Origin: Prorocentrum cordatum
Lineage: Eukaryota
Direction: 5' to 3'
Assembly: GCA_963575745.1 (NCBI GenBank)
Contig: CAUYUJ010000001.1
Coordinates: 372,001-436,000 of the forward strand
Length of the DNA stretch: 64,000 nt
Both the position numbers and the translations under genes were made by a program. How positions within the stretch are numbered: position 1 is the stretch's first letter; the number at the start of each line of letters is the position of its first letter. Below are positions 14,427-27,480 of the stretch, one piece after another. The notes below the pieces were generated by a model. That model worked only from the letters and a program-made list of their open reading frames with translations, was not told the origin of the DNA and did not search any database.

Positions 14427-15590
14427 GTATCATCATCAGCATCATCATCGTCGTCGTCATCCTCATCACCATTACAATCAGCGTCATCATCAGCATCATC
14501 GTCGCCATTCTCAACACCAGCAAGAGTCGCATCAGCCAGATCGGCATAGGGAGCAGCCTTTTAGCCAGTAGCATCGTGCGCATGTTCATCAAAATCGTCA
14601 TCATGCCTACCTGCTACATCGCAATGATCATGGTCCTCAGCAGCAAAACCAACATAAATAATATTATCACCATCCTCACCATTATCGTCACCATCAACAG
14701 CCGCTTCGTCATCCTCACCATCGTCGTCGAAGCCGACGACGACGACGGAGACGACGACGATGGAATACTAAGTATCAAATCCTCGTCATCCTCATCATCC
14801 TCATCATCGTCATCCTCCTTCTCATCCTTAACATCATCACCATCACCACGACAATCATCATCATGAGCGTCATCCGCGCCCTCATCATTGTCCTCATCCT
14901 CAAAAGCATACTGTGATAAGTATCATCCTTCTCGTCCTCATCGCAATCACACTCATCCTCGTATGTATTTGTTCTCAGGTTCTTTATCATCAGCGTCATC
15001 ATGGTCGTTCTTGTCGCCATCGCCATCGGCATCATCATCATCACCATCTTCACTGCCATCATCAACGTCACCACTAAAACCACCATCGTCATCCTCACCC
15101 GCACCATCGCGATCGAGATTCTTATCCCCCGCAATATCTTCATAGTCAACGAGGTCGTCATCATCATCATCATCATCAACATCATCAACAGAAGCGTCAT
15201 CGTCATCATTATAATTCTTCTGAGCGTTATGATTGATTATGTAAGTATAGGTGCGATGGCTCTCAGCCGTGGAAGTATTATGAATCTTATTCGTTACATT
15301 ATGATAACAGTGAGAAGCCCCAATCATAATCTATGGGCTATAGGGCTATGTGGCTACGTGGCTAAAGGGCTATAGGGCGATGGGGCTATGAGGCTCTAGG
15401 GCTGTTGGGCTATGGGGCTAGGGCTGAAGGGCTGTTAAGTTATTGGGCTATTGGACTATGGGGCTATGGGGCTATCGGGCTATAGGGCTGGAGGGCTAGA
15501 GGACTAGAGGGCTAGAGGGCTAGAAGGCTATAGCGCTGTAGGGCTATAGGGTTATAAAACTATGGGGCTGTAGGGCTATAGGGCTATGGG
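13600..15590. repeat. Compound satellite: GGGCGG-rich (13600-14345), (CAT)n (14352-15210), GGGCTATA-like (15330-15590)
   Basis: Direct reading. Confidence 0.9.
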
Positions 15591-18500
15591 AAACCCGGGC
15601 ACCCGGGCGGGCCGGCAAAATCGGCGGCGCAGCTACCCTAACCACATGAATCCGCTCGGTTCCCCACTGAGGCAAGCTCGGCTAGGGGAATTATTGATAT
15701 TATTCTTATTCGCATCAGTGATTTCAGTATTAGTATCACTATTACGGATAATATCATTATTACTAATACCATCACCATCACCATTGTCATCATGGTCATC
15801 GTCATCGTTGTCCTCATCATCGTCACCGTCGTCGTCGGCGTGGTCCGTCGTCGTTTGCTGGCGGCGACGCGGTCGTCGTCGACGTCGGCATTCTCGTCGT
15901 TTGCCAGCGGCGGCGGCCTGGGGAGGGTCGGAACTTTGCACCCGCCCGAATTTGTTGCCGCTGGGGTGGGGGGCTTCCGACCCCCCCAAAAATAAATGTT
16001 CGAGGGAGGGGGGGAGGGGGAGAGTCCGGAGCGGGGAGGGGGTGTTTGAATGGGACGCACAGAGACATACATGCTCATACTATGTCCTCCTTGGAGGCGC
16101 GCGTCCAACCCGAACACACAATATACCCATCTTGTAGTATATCGTTTCCCGAGCGGTCTGGCAAGAAAGCGCCCGCCACGACGCATATACTATAAGATTT
16201 CTCGGTGCGCGCGTCGCCCCTGGGGGGCGACGCACATAAAGTATAAGTATGTTGGGGTGACACTCCTGCCAGCAGCGTCAGAAACCGCTCTCTTTCAGAG
16301 CTCTGCAGGAGGAGGAGGAGGAGTAGGAGGAGGAGTAGTAAGAGGAGGAGGAGGAGGAGGAAGGGGAGGAGGAGGAGGAGGAGGAGAAGGAAGAGGAGGA
16401 GGAGGAGGAGGAAGAAGAGGGGGGGGGCCGTCGTGGCAAAAACGAAGCGTCTATGTCATGGGTCTCTGTTCCTGCCGCTGCTGGTGGCAGCATCGATACG
16501 TGCAGCATGTCCTTGCGGTGTCTCGGGGCGCCCCCTGATTTCTGGACCGAGAAGGTCCAAGGAGTGAGACATGACCCAAGCACGACCCCAATGTGGCACA
16601 ATACCAGATCGACTGTTGACTACGGAAAAGCCAGAAGCTGAGAACAAGCTGGACACACGTAGGTAGTCAGCAGGCACGCTGCCACACTTTAATCGGGTCG
16701 CGCTGCTGTCTATTAAACTCGTGTGCTCTGCATTCAGTGCAGCGCAGGCGCAGCGCATCGCATTACACTGCACGGCTAACTTTGCTTTTCGCAGCTCTGA
16801 TCTGCGTTGCGTTGACATGATTGGCACCTGACTGACTTGCACTGATCTGCTTTGATGTTGCATCGGCTCGCCTTGATCTGCACTGCATTGCATGTCTTTG
16901 CTTCCACTTCCACCATCGGTTGAGCACTTGCCCCCCTGTGCGACGTGCAAGGCAAACGACTCCGATGGCCTCCACCCAAAAATCGTGGCAGCGGCGCGTG
17001 GATCTGACCACCACGCTCGGGCCGCCCGATCACGCCGAGCACTCTTCGGGGGTTGCGAAAAGTACCCCTGGCCCAGGGTGCCCCCGGCTTCTCGCTCCAT
17101 GTTGGAGCTCCTGGGACCCTCTGGGTCTCGTGAAGGGTGTTCTGGAGGCCGTAGGGGCAGGATAACCAAGAATAGAATCGATAAATCGGATCGGCGATCG
17201 AGATGAATCGGATCGGCGGAAATCGGCAGCCGAGTCGGGAAAAGTCGAATCGGCGGAGAACGGCACGCTAGTAGGCCTCCAGTAAGGAATCGGAACCCAG
17301 ATCGGAGTCGCAAGTCGAATCGGAATCGGAATCGCAAGCCATCGAAGACGACTCGAATCGAAGCGGAGGAATCGAAAGAAGCCCTGTGGGGGCCTCCTTC
17401 GCAAACCTGCGGGCAACTTGGGCCAGGGGCACTTCTGTTGAGCAGGGACCGACCGTCCTGGCATTCCTATAGGCCTACCACGACATGTTCTTAGAACCCA
17501 AAGCTGTTCTAAGAACAACAGAAACAATGTTCTTAGACCATAAACCCGATGTGCTAAAACAAGACAGTCCCAGCCTGAAATGTCCTAAGAACATGTCGTG
17601 GAAACCACAAACGGTTCTCAGAACATTGTGCCAGGTAGGCCTATACTTGCGCCAGGGCGCTTCGCCACCGCTCGAACTTGGGCCAGGGGCACTTCTGGCA
17701 GCACCCGACGGGGTGCACGACCACGCCAGGGCGGGGCCTCCGCGCGGACCTGCTGGGAGCGCGGCGCCCGGCCCGGGTGGCGGCCCGCCGCCGCGCCGTG
17801 CCGCCGCGGGGCTCACGTCGACTCCTCCGATGCGGCTCGGCTCGACTTCGAGGGCCTCCGACCCTGGCTCGATTCGCATCAGCTCGGAACTTCCGCCCTG
17901 CCACGCTCCAACAGGCGCCCGCCGCGGCGAGGCCGCCTCGACGTGGGCCGCGGCGCTCTTGCCGCGCTCCTCGATGCCGGCGGCGGCAGGTGCACGACCA
18001 GCCCGGGAAGTGGGCCTTGCCAGTGAGCCGAACAAGGCCGGTGGTTCGAAGATGGGGCCCTGAGGGATGGGGTCCTAAGGATAGGAACTGATCCACGGGC
18101 GGATTTACGTTGTTTGAGGCACCTCGTCCTTAGAGCCCCATCCCTCAGGACCCCGTGTTTGAACCACCGACTATGGCGGCACGACAGCCTTGCTCCAGGG
18201 CAAACTCGGCGACGCACACCCCATGGGCACCACGACGTTCTGCACCAGCTTCCACCCGATCCGCTCTGGGCGCGTACGACTTGCGGGACGTGCCGAACGG
18301 CAACGACACATCATCGCCCTGGGCCATGATGCAACGTTGAAGAGCAATCGCATCGACTGCGAGCAGTGCGATGGTGACCACCGCGAGCACCCCGACCGAG
18401 CCAGGCGCCCGTCGGCCCAGCCGCCGGCTGCCTCGAGGATGCGGCTGCCTCGCAGAGCTTGGCAGCGCTGGAAGAGGCGAGAAGGCCGATGCCTGCCGCT

Positions 18501-20159
18501 ACGTTCCGCCTCGCTGCTCAACGTCCCTCTGACAGAGACTCGGGCACGTTGGCTTGCGACCCGGCACGTCCAACCTTTCCCGATGCGGGCCACCCCGCCG
18601 CGCCTGAAAGAGACCCCAATGGCAACTCTCGCAGAGCTCTTCCAAACTACCCCCTAGCGAGTACCCGCTGCGGTGCCGCTGACCTGACCTGCCCTGCCAT
18701 TCCACGCCCCTCCCAGCGGCGGGCAGCGACCGACGAACAGATGGAGCTGGAGCTGCCTGCCCCGCCGCCACGCAGGCTCTGCCTACCGGATCCAACGCCA
18801 GCAGCCGCCTCCCCGGCGCTGGCCAGAACCGCGCCACACGCGCGTTGCCATGCAGGCCCGCGCGTAGGCCACATCCACACAGTCTCCGCCACCTCTCGCG
18901 CAGACCCACGCACCACGAGCCGAGCGGGAGCTCACGGGCATCGGCCGGTGGATTCAGTGTAAAAGTTGCCTGGAGTGCGCGCGCTGGTGCCGCATGCTTG
19001 GGCCCCAACGCCCTCAGAAGGAGGAGGAGGAGGATTATTTTCTCAAGTGCTTAAGGCAGCTCGTCCCACGTGGGCCATCGGACCACACCAGGGCCGCCTC
19101 GCCGCCCTCGCCTCCAGGAAGAGAAACCAAACCACACCACAGCACAGCCGAAAACCGCTGGCAAGCCTGCGCTGGATTGAGCCGCGCCATCGGATCTTGG
19201 GGGCGCGCACAGAGGGGCGGGGGGAAGGGGGAAGGCTTCTTAGAAGGAGGCTGCCTCTTAGAAGGCGCCGGCCTTACGTCTGCAGAGAAGGCCCGCGCCC
19301 TCTGAGAAGCAGGGGTGCTCCGAAGAAGGCTTCGCCCCTTCCACTACCCCCCTCCGCGCGTGGCTGAGGATCGGCTCACCAGCGAACCGTCCCGCATCGA
19401 GCCGAGAGCGGATCGCCGCACCTCGAGGAAGAAGCAACGCCGTGAACAGAAACTTTTGGCGCTCCGCGCGGATCTCTTGGACCCGCGCTGGACGCCCCTC
19501 CCTGGCGCGCGGACCTCGCCAGGGGCGGCGCCGGAGGCGCCGACCGGGGCGCCCAGCGCAGATCCAAGCAGCCAGCGCGGAGCGCCAAAAGCTTATGTTT
19601 ATGGCGTTGTTTCTTCTTCGAGCGCCTGGCTCCGCATGGCCCTGGGCGATACAGTCGGGGCGTTGACCTAAGGAACCCTAACTGAGGAACGGGGCCCCTT
19701 TTTCCCAGGAGTCAAACTTCGATTCCCCATCGAATACCCAAGGACAACCTGAGGCAAGCTGCGCAACAACGAAGGAACACGGAGCCCCTCCCCAACGAAC
19801 AGGGGTTCCTTGTTTGAAGGGCGCCCAGGACACACAAATAACAAATAAAAATATTCTCCATATTTTCCCATATGTTCTGGGTTTCTGTCTTCCCCCCCAC
19901 TTCCCATATTTTCCCATATTTTCTGGGGAATCGACGATTAATTGTGTCTGTGTGTTTCTTTCCCTCCTGATTGTTCGGCGCCCCGACCGTCTGCCGGCGA
20001 GTCGCACCGCAACGGCGGGACCAGCCAGCGAGGCGAGCCGCACAGCAGCGGGCCGCGGGCGGCCCCGGCGGGGCTGGGCGGGCGGGCGGCCAGCGAGCGC
20101 ACACCCCGCCCCACGGAGCTCGGCGGCGTGGCCCCCGAGCCGCAGCCCGGGGCCCAGAG

Positions 20160-20365
20160 TCGGGGAGACGCAAGACCCGGGTACGGGGGACTCGGAAATC
20201 CCCGACGAGGTCGTCAAAAAAATGACGAGGCCGAGCCTGCATTTTGACGAGGCCTCCCGCTGCAGACATCCCACGAAACTCCTCCTCGTCAAAATCCGAG
20301 GCGCAGTCGTCAAAAAACGATGGCGAACCCGAGTCCCGGCAAACCCGGGTCTTACGCTCCCCCGA
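20160..20365. mobile_element. Family B MITE (copies 20160-20365, 41273-41449, 44381-44587), 5-bp TSDs
   Basis: TIR tcggggagacgtaagacccggg; TSDs CAGAG, TTGAA, AAGGG; copies near-identical. Confidence 0.9.
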
Positions 20366-22209
20366 CAGAGATGGGTCAGCATCGAATCGTGAAATCGGGG
20401 TCGAATCAAAATGGTGAGCGTTTTTTGTTCCGCGTTTCGGCATCGGGAGGGAACGACGGGGGGGAGGAGGGGGGGGGGGGTCTGGCTCCGGCCCTCTGCT
20501 TCGTGCGACTGTTTGCAGCAGTGCGTCCTATGGGTAGAGACTCCACCCGCTCGAAACAGGCGCCCCAAAACAGCCAAGATCTACTCCACGGGGGAGGGGA
20601 AGGGGGGGGGTGCGAGGGCCCGCGCCGATCGGCAAAACAACGAATAACAAGAACGATCGCATTTTCGTCCAGCGGGGGCCCGACCACAAGAAACCTTCGC
20701 CAAGAAACCCAACCCTGAGACTTCAGGACGTGCATTGATGTTTGGTGTGGGCACGTCACGCCTTCCATGGCAACACCATCGAACCCCAAGAAACGCAGGG
20801 CACCCTGGAGGCAAGCAGGGTGTTCCTTGGCATGGGCCTCCGCTGTAGGATCGGGGCCGCATCAGCACGGGGTCGAAATCGAATTGTATCGGCCGCGCCA
20901 AGGTGCACAGCACCGCCACGCACTCATCGGGCCGCATCTGATCGCAGGGATGTCGGAATCGAATCGGATCGGGCCAACCAGCGTCGATGTCGAATCGGAT
21001 CGATCGGATCGAAAAGGACTCTGCAAGGCCACCCCTCCCCCTATCCCGAGGTTCCCTGAGACGCGGCGCCGTCCTCGGCGCTCTCCAAGGCGTCCAAGAT
21101 GCCGAATGATGTCTTCCGAGACGGCCACGGTGAGCCTTCGAGGACACCAAGATGGCCCCAGATGCACCCAAGACGGACCGGTGTAGCCCCAAGACTGCCC
21201 AAGGTGGCCTCAAGATTGCCCGCGAGGCTCTCAAGACCCAGGAGGGCTCGAAGGGGGAGGGGGGGCGATCCTATAAGCATCGGAAGTAAGACCGTTAGGG
21301 CCCCCTCACGCTGACCAAATAGACCACTCCTCATGTGATCTGGACGTTGTTGTGCGGGACGGCGCCGGACCCAAGAGAACCCCCAGCCGAAGAAGCCCCA
21401 GGAGGCCCTCCCAAACCGGCCGCCCAAGGAGCCCCCAAACCAAAGAGCCCCAATACCTTCCTTTACTCTGGATCTCAAGTGCTCCCCAATCGTCTCCACA
21501 CCACTTCGGTAAATGAAGGTCAACCGTGCCGCGCGTGTCCACAAAGGCAAGGGCGGCGGTGATTGGCCATAAGCGTCTCAGGTATATACACCACAAAATA
21601 CGCTTGCAAACAAAACAAAACGACCAACACACAACCGCACGACAACCACCGAATAACCACGGGACATCCCCATAATAACCGCAGGGACGACAACTGAGCA
21701 GCCACGGGATATCCGCATAGGGCAATCACAGGACAAGCGTGGAACATCCGACGAGTCATCACGGGGGCTTCGAGAGGGGAACAAATTTAGGAATTGCCCC
21801 TAGATGCACAATCTACGTATGTTCATCGCCTATCGCCCACTCGCGCAAGATCGCCTGGCCCGCACCAACGGCACGAGACGAATCGAGTCGAAACCGCTTT
21901 CTCGATCAGTCACACTCTCACGCCTCCAATCTCTGCTGGGCGTACGCATGACGCCCTGCCTGACTCCCTCTGAGGACGCCTTTCACATCGCCGACACAAG
22001 AGTCCTGATGGCGAGCACCTCGAGATGACCCCCCAGCGGAAACGAGGGGGGGGGGCGCAGGGGTAGAACATGTATATCAAACGGCAAAGCATGTGGGGTT
22101 AGCGCCGTTCACCAGCGGATCGTCTCCGAGCAGTCATCATAACCATATGCGAACACGATCTGCCCCTGCAACATCGTAAAACTGCCGCTCCCTGTGCCTC
22201 AACCTCCAC

Positions 22210-22390
22210 GGCACACACACACACACACGCACACGCACGCACACGCGCACATACGCACACGCGCACGCGCACGCGCACGCGCACGCGCACGCACACGCAC
22301 ACGCACACGCACGCGCTCACGCACGCGCACGCGCACGCGCACGCGCACGCGCACGCGCACGCGCACGCGCACGCGCACACGCACACGTAC

Positions 22391-22431
<41 letters not shown>

Positions 22432-22564
22432 CGCGCACGCACACGCGCACGCGCACGCGCACGCGCACGCGCACGCGCACGCGCACGCGCACGCGCACGC
22501 GCACGCGCACGCGCACGCGCACGCGCACGCGCACGCGTACGAGCACGCGCACGCGCACGCGTAC

Positions 22565-22599
<35 letters not shown>

Positions 22600-22730
22600 C
22601 ACGCACACGCACGCGCACGCGCACGCGCACGCGCACGCGCACGCGCACGCGCACGCGCACGCGCACACGCACACGTACACGCACACGCACACGGACACGC
22701 AGCCGCAGACGCAAACGCAGACGCAGACGA

Positions 22731-22809
<79 letters not shown>

Positions 22810-22856
22810 CAAGCACACGCGCGCGCACGCGCACGCACGCACGCACACACACACAC
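22210..22856. repeat. (GCACGC/GCAGAC)n hexamer microsatellite
   Basis: Direct reading. Confidence 0.95.
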
Positions 22857-23749
22857 AAGTGCCGGAATCCTTGGATGAGAACCCCTATGAGGGAGTATGC
22901 ACCACCGTGCTTGCAACACCAGACCAGCCTCAAGACCTGTGCCGCTCCTGGGGCTAATCGCTGCCGGTGCGAAGATTCTTTCAGATCAATGTCGCGTTGG
23001 ATTGGGAACAGAAACGACAAGATCTGAAAACGCTTAGTGCAGGAGGCGGGAAGGCCCTACCCCCACGACGCCAAGGGGTATCGCGTTAGGGGGAGACCAG
23101 ATCGGGGGTGGGGCCAATACCGACATGGAATTGGCGATACATCGCCGATAGACCTGCGCCCCCTCTGGAGTCTACTGTCCCCTCCCGACGTTGCCCCCGA
23201 GGGGAATGGGAGAGGAGAGAGGAAGATGCCGAAGGCGCTCAGGGCGGTGCTGGCGGTCGCGGCGGCGACGACCAGGGGAGAGCAGTGAGGATGAAGACGG
23301 CAAGGCGGCCGACAGCGGCAGGACGATGCGGGCCGCAACGGGGCCGCCTGCGACGGAGAACTTTCGGCTGCGTGTCTCCTGGGGGGGGCGCCGGGCACTG
23401 CTTGGCGAAGGCGGCGGCAGACCTGCGATGAGCGTCGATGCACCAGCCTTTGTCGCTTCACCTGTCGGCGCCCGCTTCGACGTCGTCCACTGTACCACAG
23501 GAGGGCCACCCCCCCGCCCAGTCCTTCCCTTTCTCTCTATCTCTCCATCTCGCTCGAGTGCTCTCTCTATCCCTCTCGCTCTCCCTCCCTCTCTCTCTCT
23601 CTCCCTCTTGCGCGCTCTCTTTCTCTCTTTCTCCCTCGTTCTCTCTCTCTCTCTCTCGCTCCCTTCCACCTTTTTCTCCCTGGGCTCTCTCTCCCATCAC
23701 TCTTCCTAGGTGCTGGCGACTTTTGTGGGCCAACAAAACAGAACATGAG

Positions 23750-24520
23750 AACAACGAGCCCGAAAGCAAATGCGGGCGAGCGGGCTGGCGATCCGTCGGG
23801 AGGGGTTGCTCTTACGTGCCTTCACAGAACACATGGGGGTCCATCAGCGACGCTGGGCTGTGTTCCTCCGGGCCCTTCTTAAGCAAGGAAATAAGTAGAC
23901 GCCCTTTTTCCAACTGGCCACCCGCCAACTCCCCCTCGTGGCCATCAGGTTCGGTCGAGCGGATCGTTCGAGCATCGCGAATACAGCACGCTTCGCTCTG
24001 GAGCCTCCTCACAATCTAATCGCCACCTGCTCGCTATCCGCATGCCAGTTTGCTCGACAATGGATTGCGGGAGGTCCACCTGGTATGTGTGTACCTTCAG
24101 CGTTGCCGCTACAGTGCAATGGGCGACAACGATGGTCGCCAAATTTTCCCGCCCGATTTCCGAATCTCGGACAATGCGCCCTGGATCTCGGTTGCGCGCC
24201 TGACGAACCAAAACGCATGGTATGAGGGGCACTTCCGGTTCAGTGTGGTTCCACAGCCTTCCCACTTCCTCTATCAGACAGTAGTCTGCTCCCTTTGCTA
24301 CTCGCGGGGGGTATGGAAACGGCGTGCCCAGGGCATGCACTATCAGATACATCAACACAAATTAACTGTCCTTGGGGGGCACAACCCGATGAGTCTCTTC
24401 ACTCCCGTCGTCCCCCGTGGCCGGGCCCAACATTGCAGATTCAAGGGGGGATTTGGCAGGGTGCCTGCGCTCATCCGAGGGGTATCCGAGCGGCCATTTC
24501 CATTGACGACGGCTTCATAA
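23750..24520 (-). mobile_element. Possible decayed Copia-like RT fragment
   Basis: Weak motif remnants only; unique non-GC3-biased sequence. Confidence 0.3.
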
Positions 24521-24839
24521 TCGCCCAAGAGAGACCTAGGACTTCGCCAGGACAACCAAAAACGATTCGAGACAATAGAAGACATACACGGAAGCCCCAA
24601 ATTGCACTCGAGCTCTATAGAGATGCCGAAACATTCAGTTCCAAATCCTATCCAAGAGGCCGCCAAAATAACACTGGGGTGACAGGGCGGCCAGAGAGCC
24701 CCTGAAAACCCGGAGTAATGCCAAGGGGGCACCAGAAACCCCCAAGACTCAACACGGCCACACGAGGGCTACCACGCAGCCCAACAAGACCCCCTGAACA
24801 ACTTTCCCCAGATAAAGAGAGATAGAGAGAGAGAGAGAA

Positions 24840-27480
24840 ACGTGTCGATACTTGTCCCGACGGGCACAGCCGTCATCCAGCACACAAATTTCCCACGCGG
24901 TCCCCTGCTCTTGTGCTCCTGTAGCAATCATCTGCATCAACTCGTCCTCCTGCCTTGGAACCGCGACGTCACAAAACGCACGATCACCTGTCAACGATGG
25001 CGCCAGCACACTACACCGCGCCAGCCCGGAATCACGCGAAGGCGCAACCGCGAAAGGCGAGTCCGCGCACGAAGCCGCAGCTCGATGTTTCGCGCTGGAA
25101 CCATTCTGCAATTCTCTGCGCCGTCATCCGAGGGCGGAACGGAGCGCGCCGCGTCTGGGCGAAGGGCCCGACTGGCAAGGGACAGAGCGCGTGGGCCGCA
25201 ACCCCGACGTGGCGCTCCTCTGAGCGAAGTGCGATCCCCGTGGCTCAGAATTTGTTGGCGACGCTGCACAACATTACCTGGGCTCCTGCTGATGAACAAC
25301 GCGTCGGACACCATCAAAACCGAGACATGCGTGTCTCCTTTGCGACTTCATTGAACGTTCTTGCTCCCGCTCTGCAATACTATTTGACCGCGTGCTCGAA
25401 GACGATTGCTGTATTATTCGCGCACATGTGCTTGTCGCTCTCGTTTGTGTGACGCTCCAACACCACATGCTTAGGTCTACCGTATTCGGCTCAACTTCTC
25501 CTGCTGGTCATCCGACCCAATCCGTCCATGGCTTGATGCAATCGTCCGAGGGCTCGTCTGTATAGCTTGTCTCCTCCAATTCCCCCATGTCATGCGCATC
25601 GCGTCTTGCCTGGCAATTCATATTTTGCAGTGCCTTGCGTTGGACTGGTCCTTCGCCAAATCGCTGCTCCGCATGGCACCGTCTTCGCCAAAGCGTCGAA
25701 AAAGTCTATATGTCAGTGCAGTTAATAGTTTCGCGACCTCGCAATTACGCAGCATGTCTTCCTATCTTGCCGGCATCCACCTGTTTAGTTCAATGTCGTC
25801 GGGATCGGCGGGAAGAATGGGCGCACGAGGTATTCGACGCTGCCGCTGAAAAGCGTGGATTCGATCTCCAAGCCACACGCATCGCATGAGTTTGCGCGAT
25901 GTCTTCCTTGTCCTCCCCGCGAAATACCTCAACACCCTCGCCTTATTCACTCCTGGATGCAACGAACACCCCCTTGGGCAGAAACGGCACTGAACAAATC
26001 AACCGACGCTTGCACCAATTCCTAATAGACTCTACTCGATGGACATCACGTCGTCCGCAACACCGCAAGCTGACTACAAAAATGATGCACGTAAGGACAT
26101 TTGACATCCTAGAACATGTCCTCAAATACCGCGTCGGGGAATACTATCCTCATGGGGTTACCTTGTTCTGTGCCCCGTCGAGCATGATATTGATTTGTTC
26201 TCAGCCGCTCCAAACTCTGACAAATGGTCCTTCGTGCGTACAAGGTACCAACCAGAAGATAATAACAGGTATCCCTTGCCGTTCGCGTCCCAAAAGCAAT
26301 CGGTTCAACGCTGTTGAAAACACTCTCGAACGCAGATTCTGCGGAACATCGTTGGGATTCAACTCCTAAGATATTCTTGTAGCTACGCAACTGTCCGCAA
26401 ACGATATGCCCGTCCCAGAACCTGGCTTCATCATGCGCTTCGTTGTTGTCCGAAAGTGGCTCGAATCTCTGGATTACTGGCCGTGTAAACAGTTGGCACA
26501 ATCTTGGGATTATAACGAGTGGCCTGTAATTGGCGGGGAGTGCCAAGCCACCTGGCCTGAAGATCACCGGTGCAATTGATTTCGTTCAATGTACTGGCGT
26601 CGCATCTGGGTTGCCCAACATAGGCTGGAAGAGCTCACGCTACACTCGCAACAGCTCGCCCTCACCATCTTTGACTGTTCCATAGTGTTTTGCACCTTCC
26701 GCGTCGTGAGCGTCGACCTGCATCAACGAACCTTCTCTTCGAGAATGGTTGAATATCTTCACAACCTGAAGTAGTCGTCGCTTCCGTGGGCACGCTTGCT
26801 GGTGTCCAGGCGTGTACAGCTCAGAAAAGAAATCGGCAATGCGTTGACAGTCCCTATGATCCGCACCTGTGCAACCCAACATGAAATTTGTGAATCGGCG
26901 TTTTCGCATACCTGTTTTCCAACGTTTTCTTCACAATATGTCGCTCGATCGTGCTATTGCTGCTGGGCGACCGTTGCATTACTAACGAGGCAATCTCCGT
27001 ACTTCCATACTGACTGTTTCGCTGATGCTTGACCGCTCGCCAGAATCATGAACTAAGTCGACGAAGCTTACGATGCTCAAGAACAAGCTGGAGAATAGCA
27101 ATGGCTGGGCAACCTTTGGCATTCTACGAATTCGTCTGGGGACGAGAGGAGCCCGGACTCGTTGCGGACGATGTCGGCATGGGCGTCCACTGTGCGCTGA
27201 AGGAGCGCGCGCGGGATGTCACCAACCCGGTGACGTGTAAAGTTTCGTGCTCGTCACTAGGAGGATCACGGTGGGAACTGGCAGAGAGGCTGAATGGCGA
27301 TCTAGACGAATACGTCATGCATTGCTGCTCGAATCTAAAAGCCAGTCCTCGATGCGTTCGAAGTCTCCGACGCTCTGGGCCTTCACGAGACACGATACCC
27401 GTTGCCATGCCCGCGCCAACCGCAGCGACCATACTGCGGAGGTCCTCGATGGGCCCGAGCGTAATCACGAGAGGCGGTCA
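24840..27480 (-). mobile_element. Decayed non-LTR (LINE) ORF2; RT core at about 25900-26570
   Basis: PANYRPLVII, FESVFNSVEP, GTEQGNPM..FPDAVFEDMF and LRYFA match LINE RT motifs in order; many stops and frameshifts. Confidence 0.8.

Noticed and set aside
15330..15590. Telomere-like repeat
   Set aside because: Units are GGGCTAT(A/G), not TTTAGGG, and are internal and degenerate.
16450..16670. Possible Copia RNase H tail on plus
   Set aside because: Motif remnants too weak to support.
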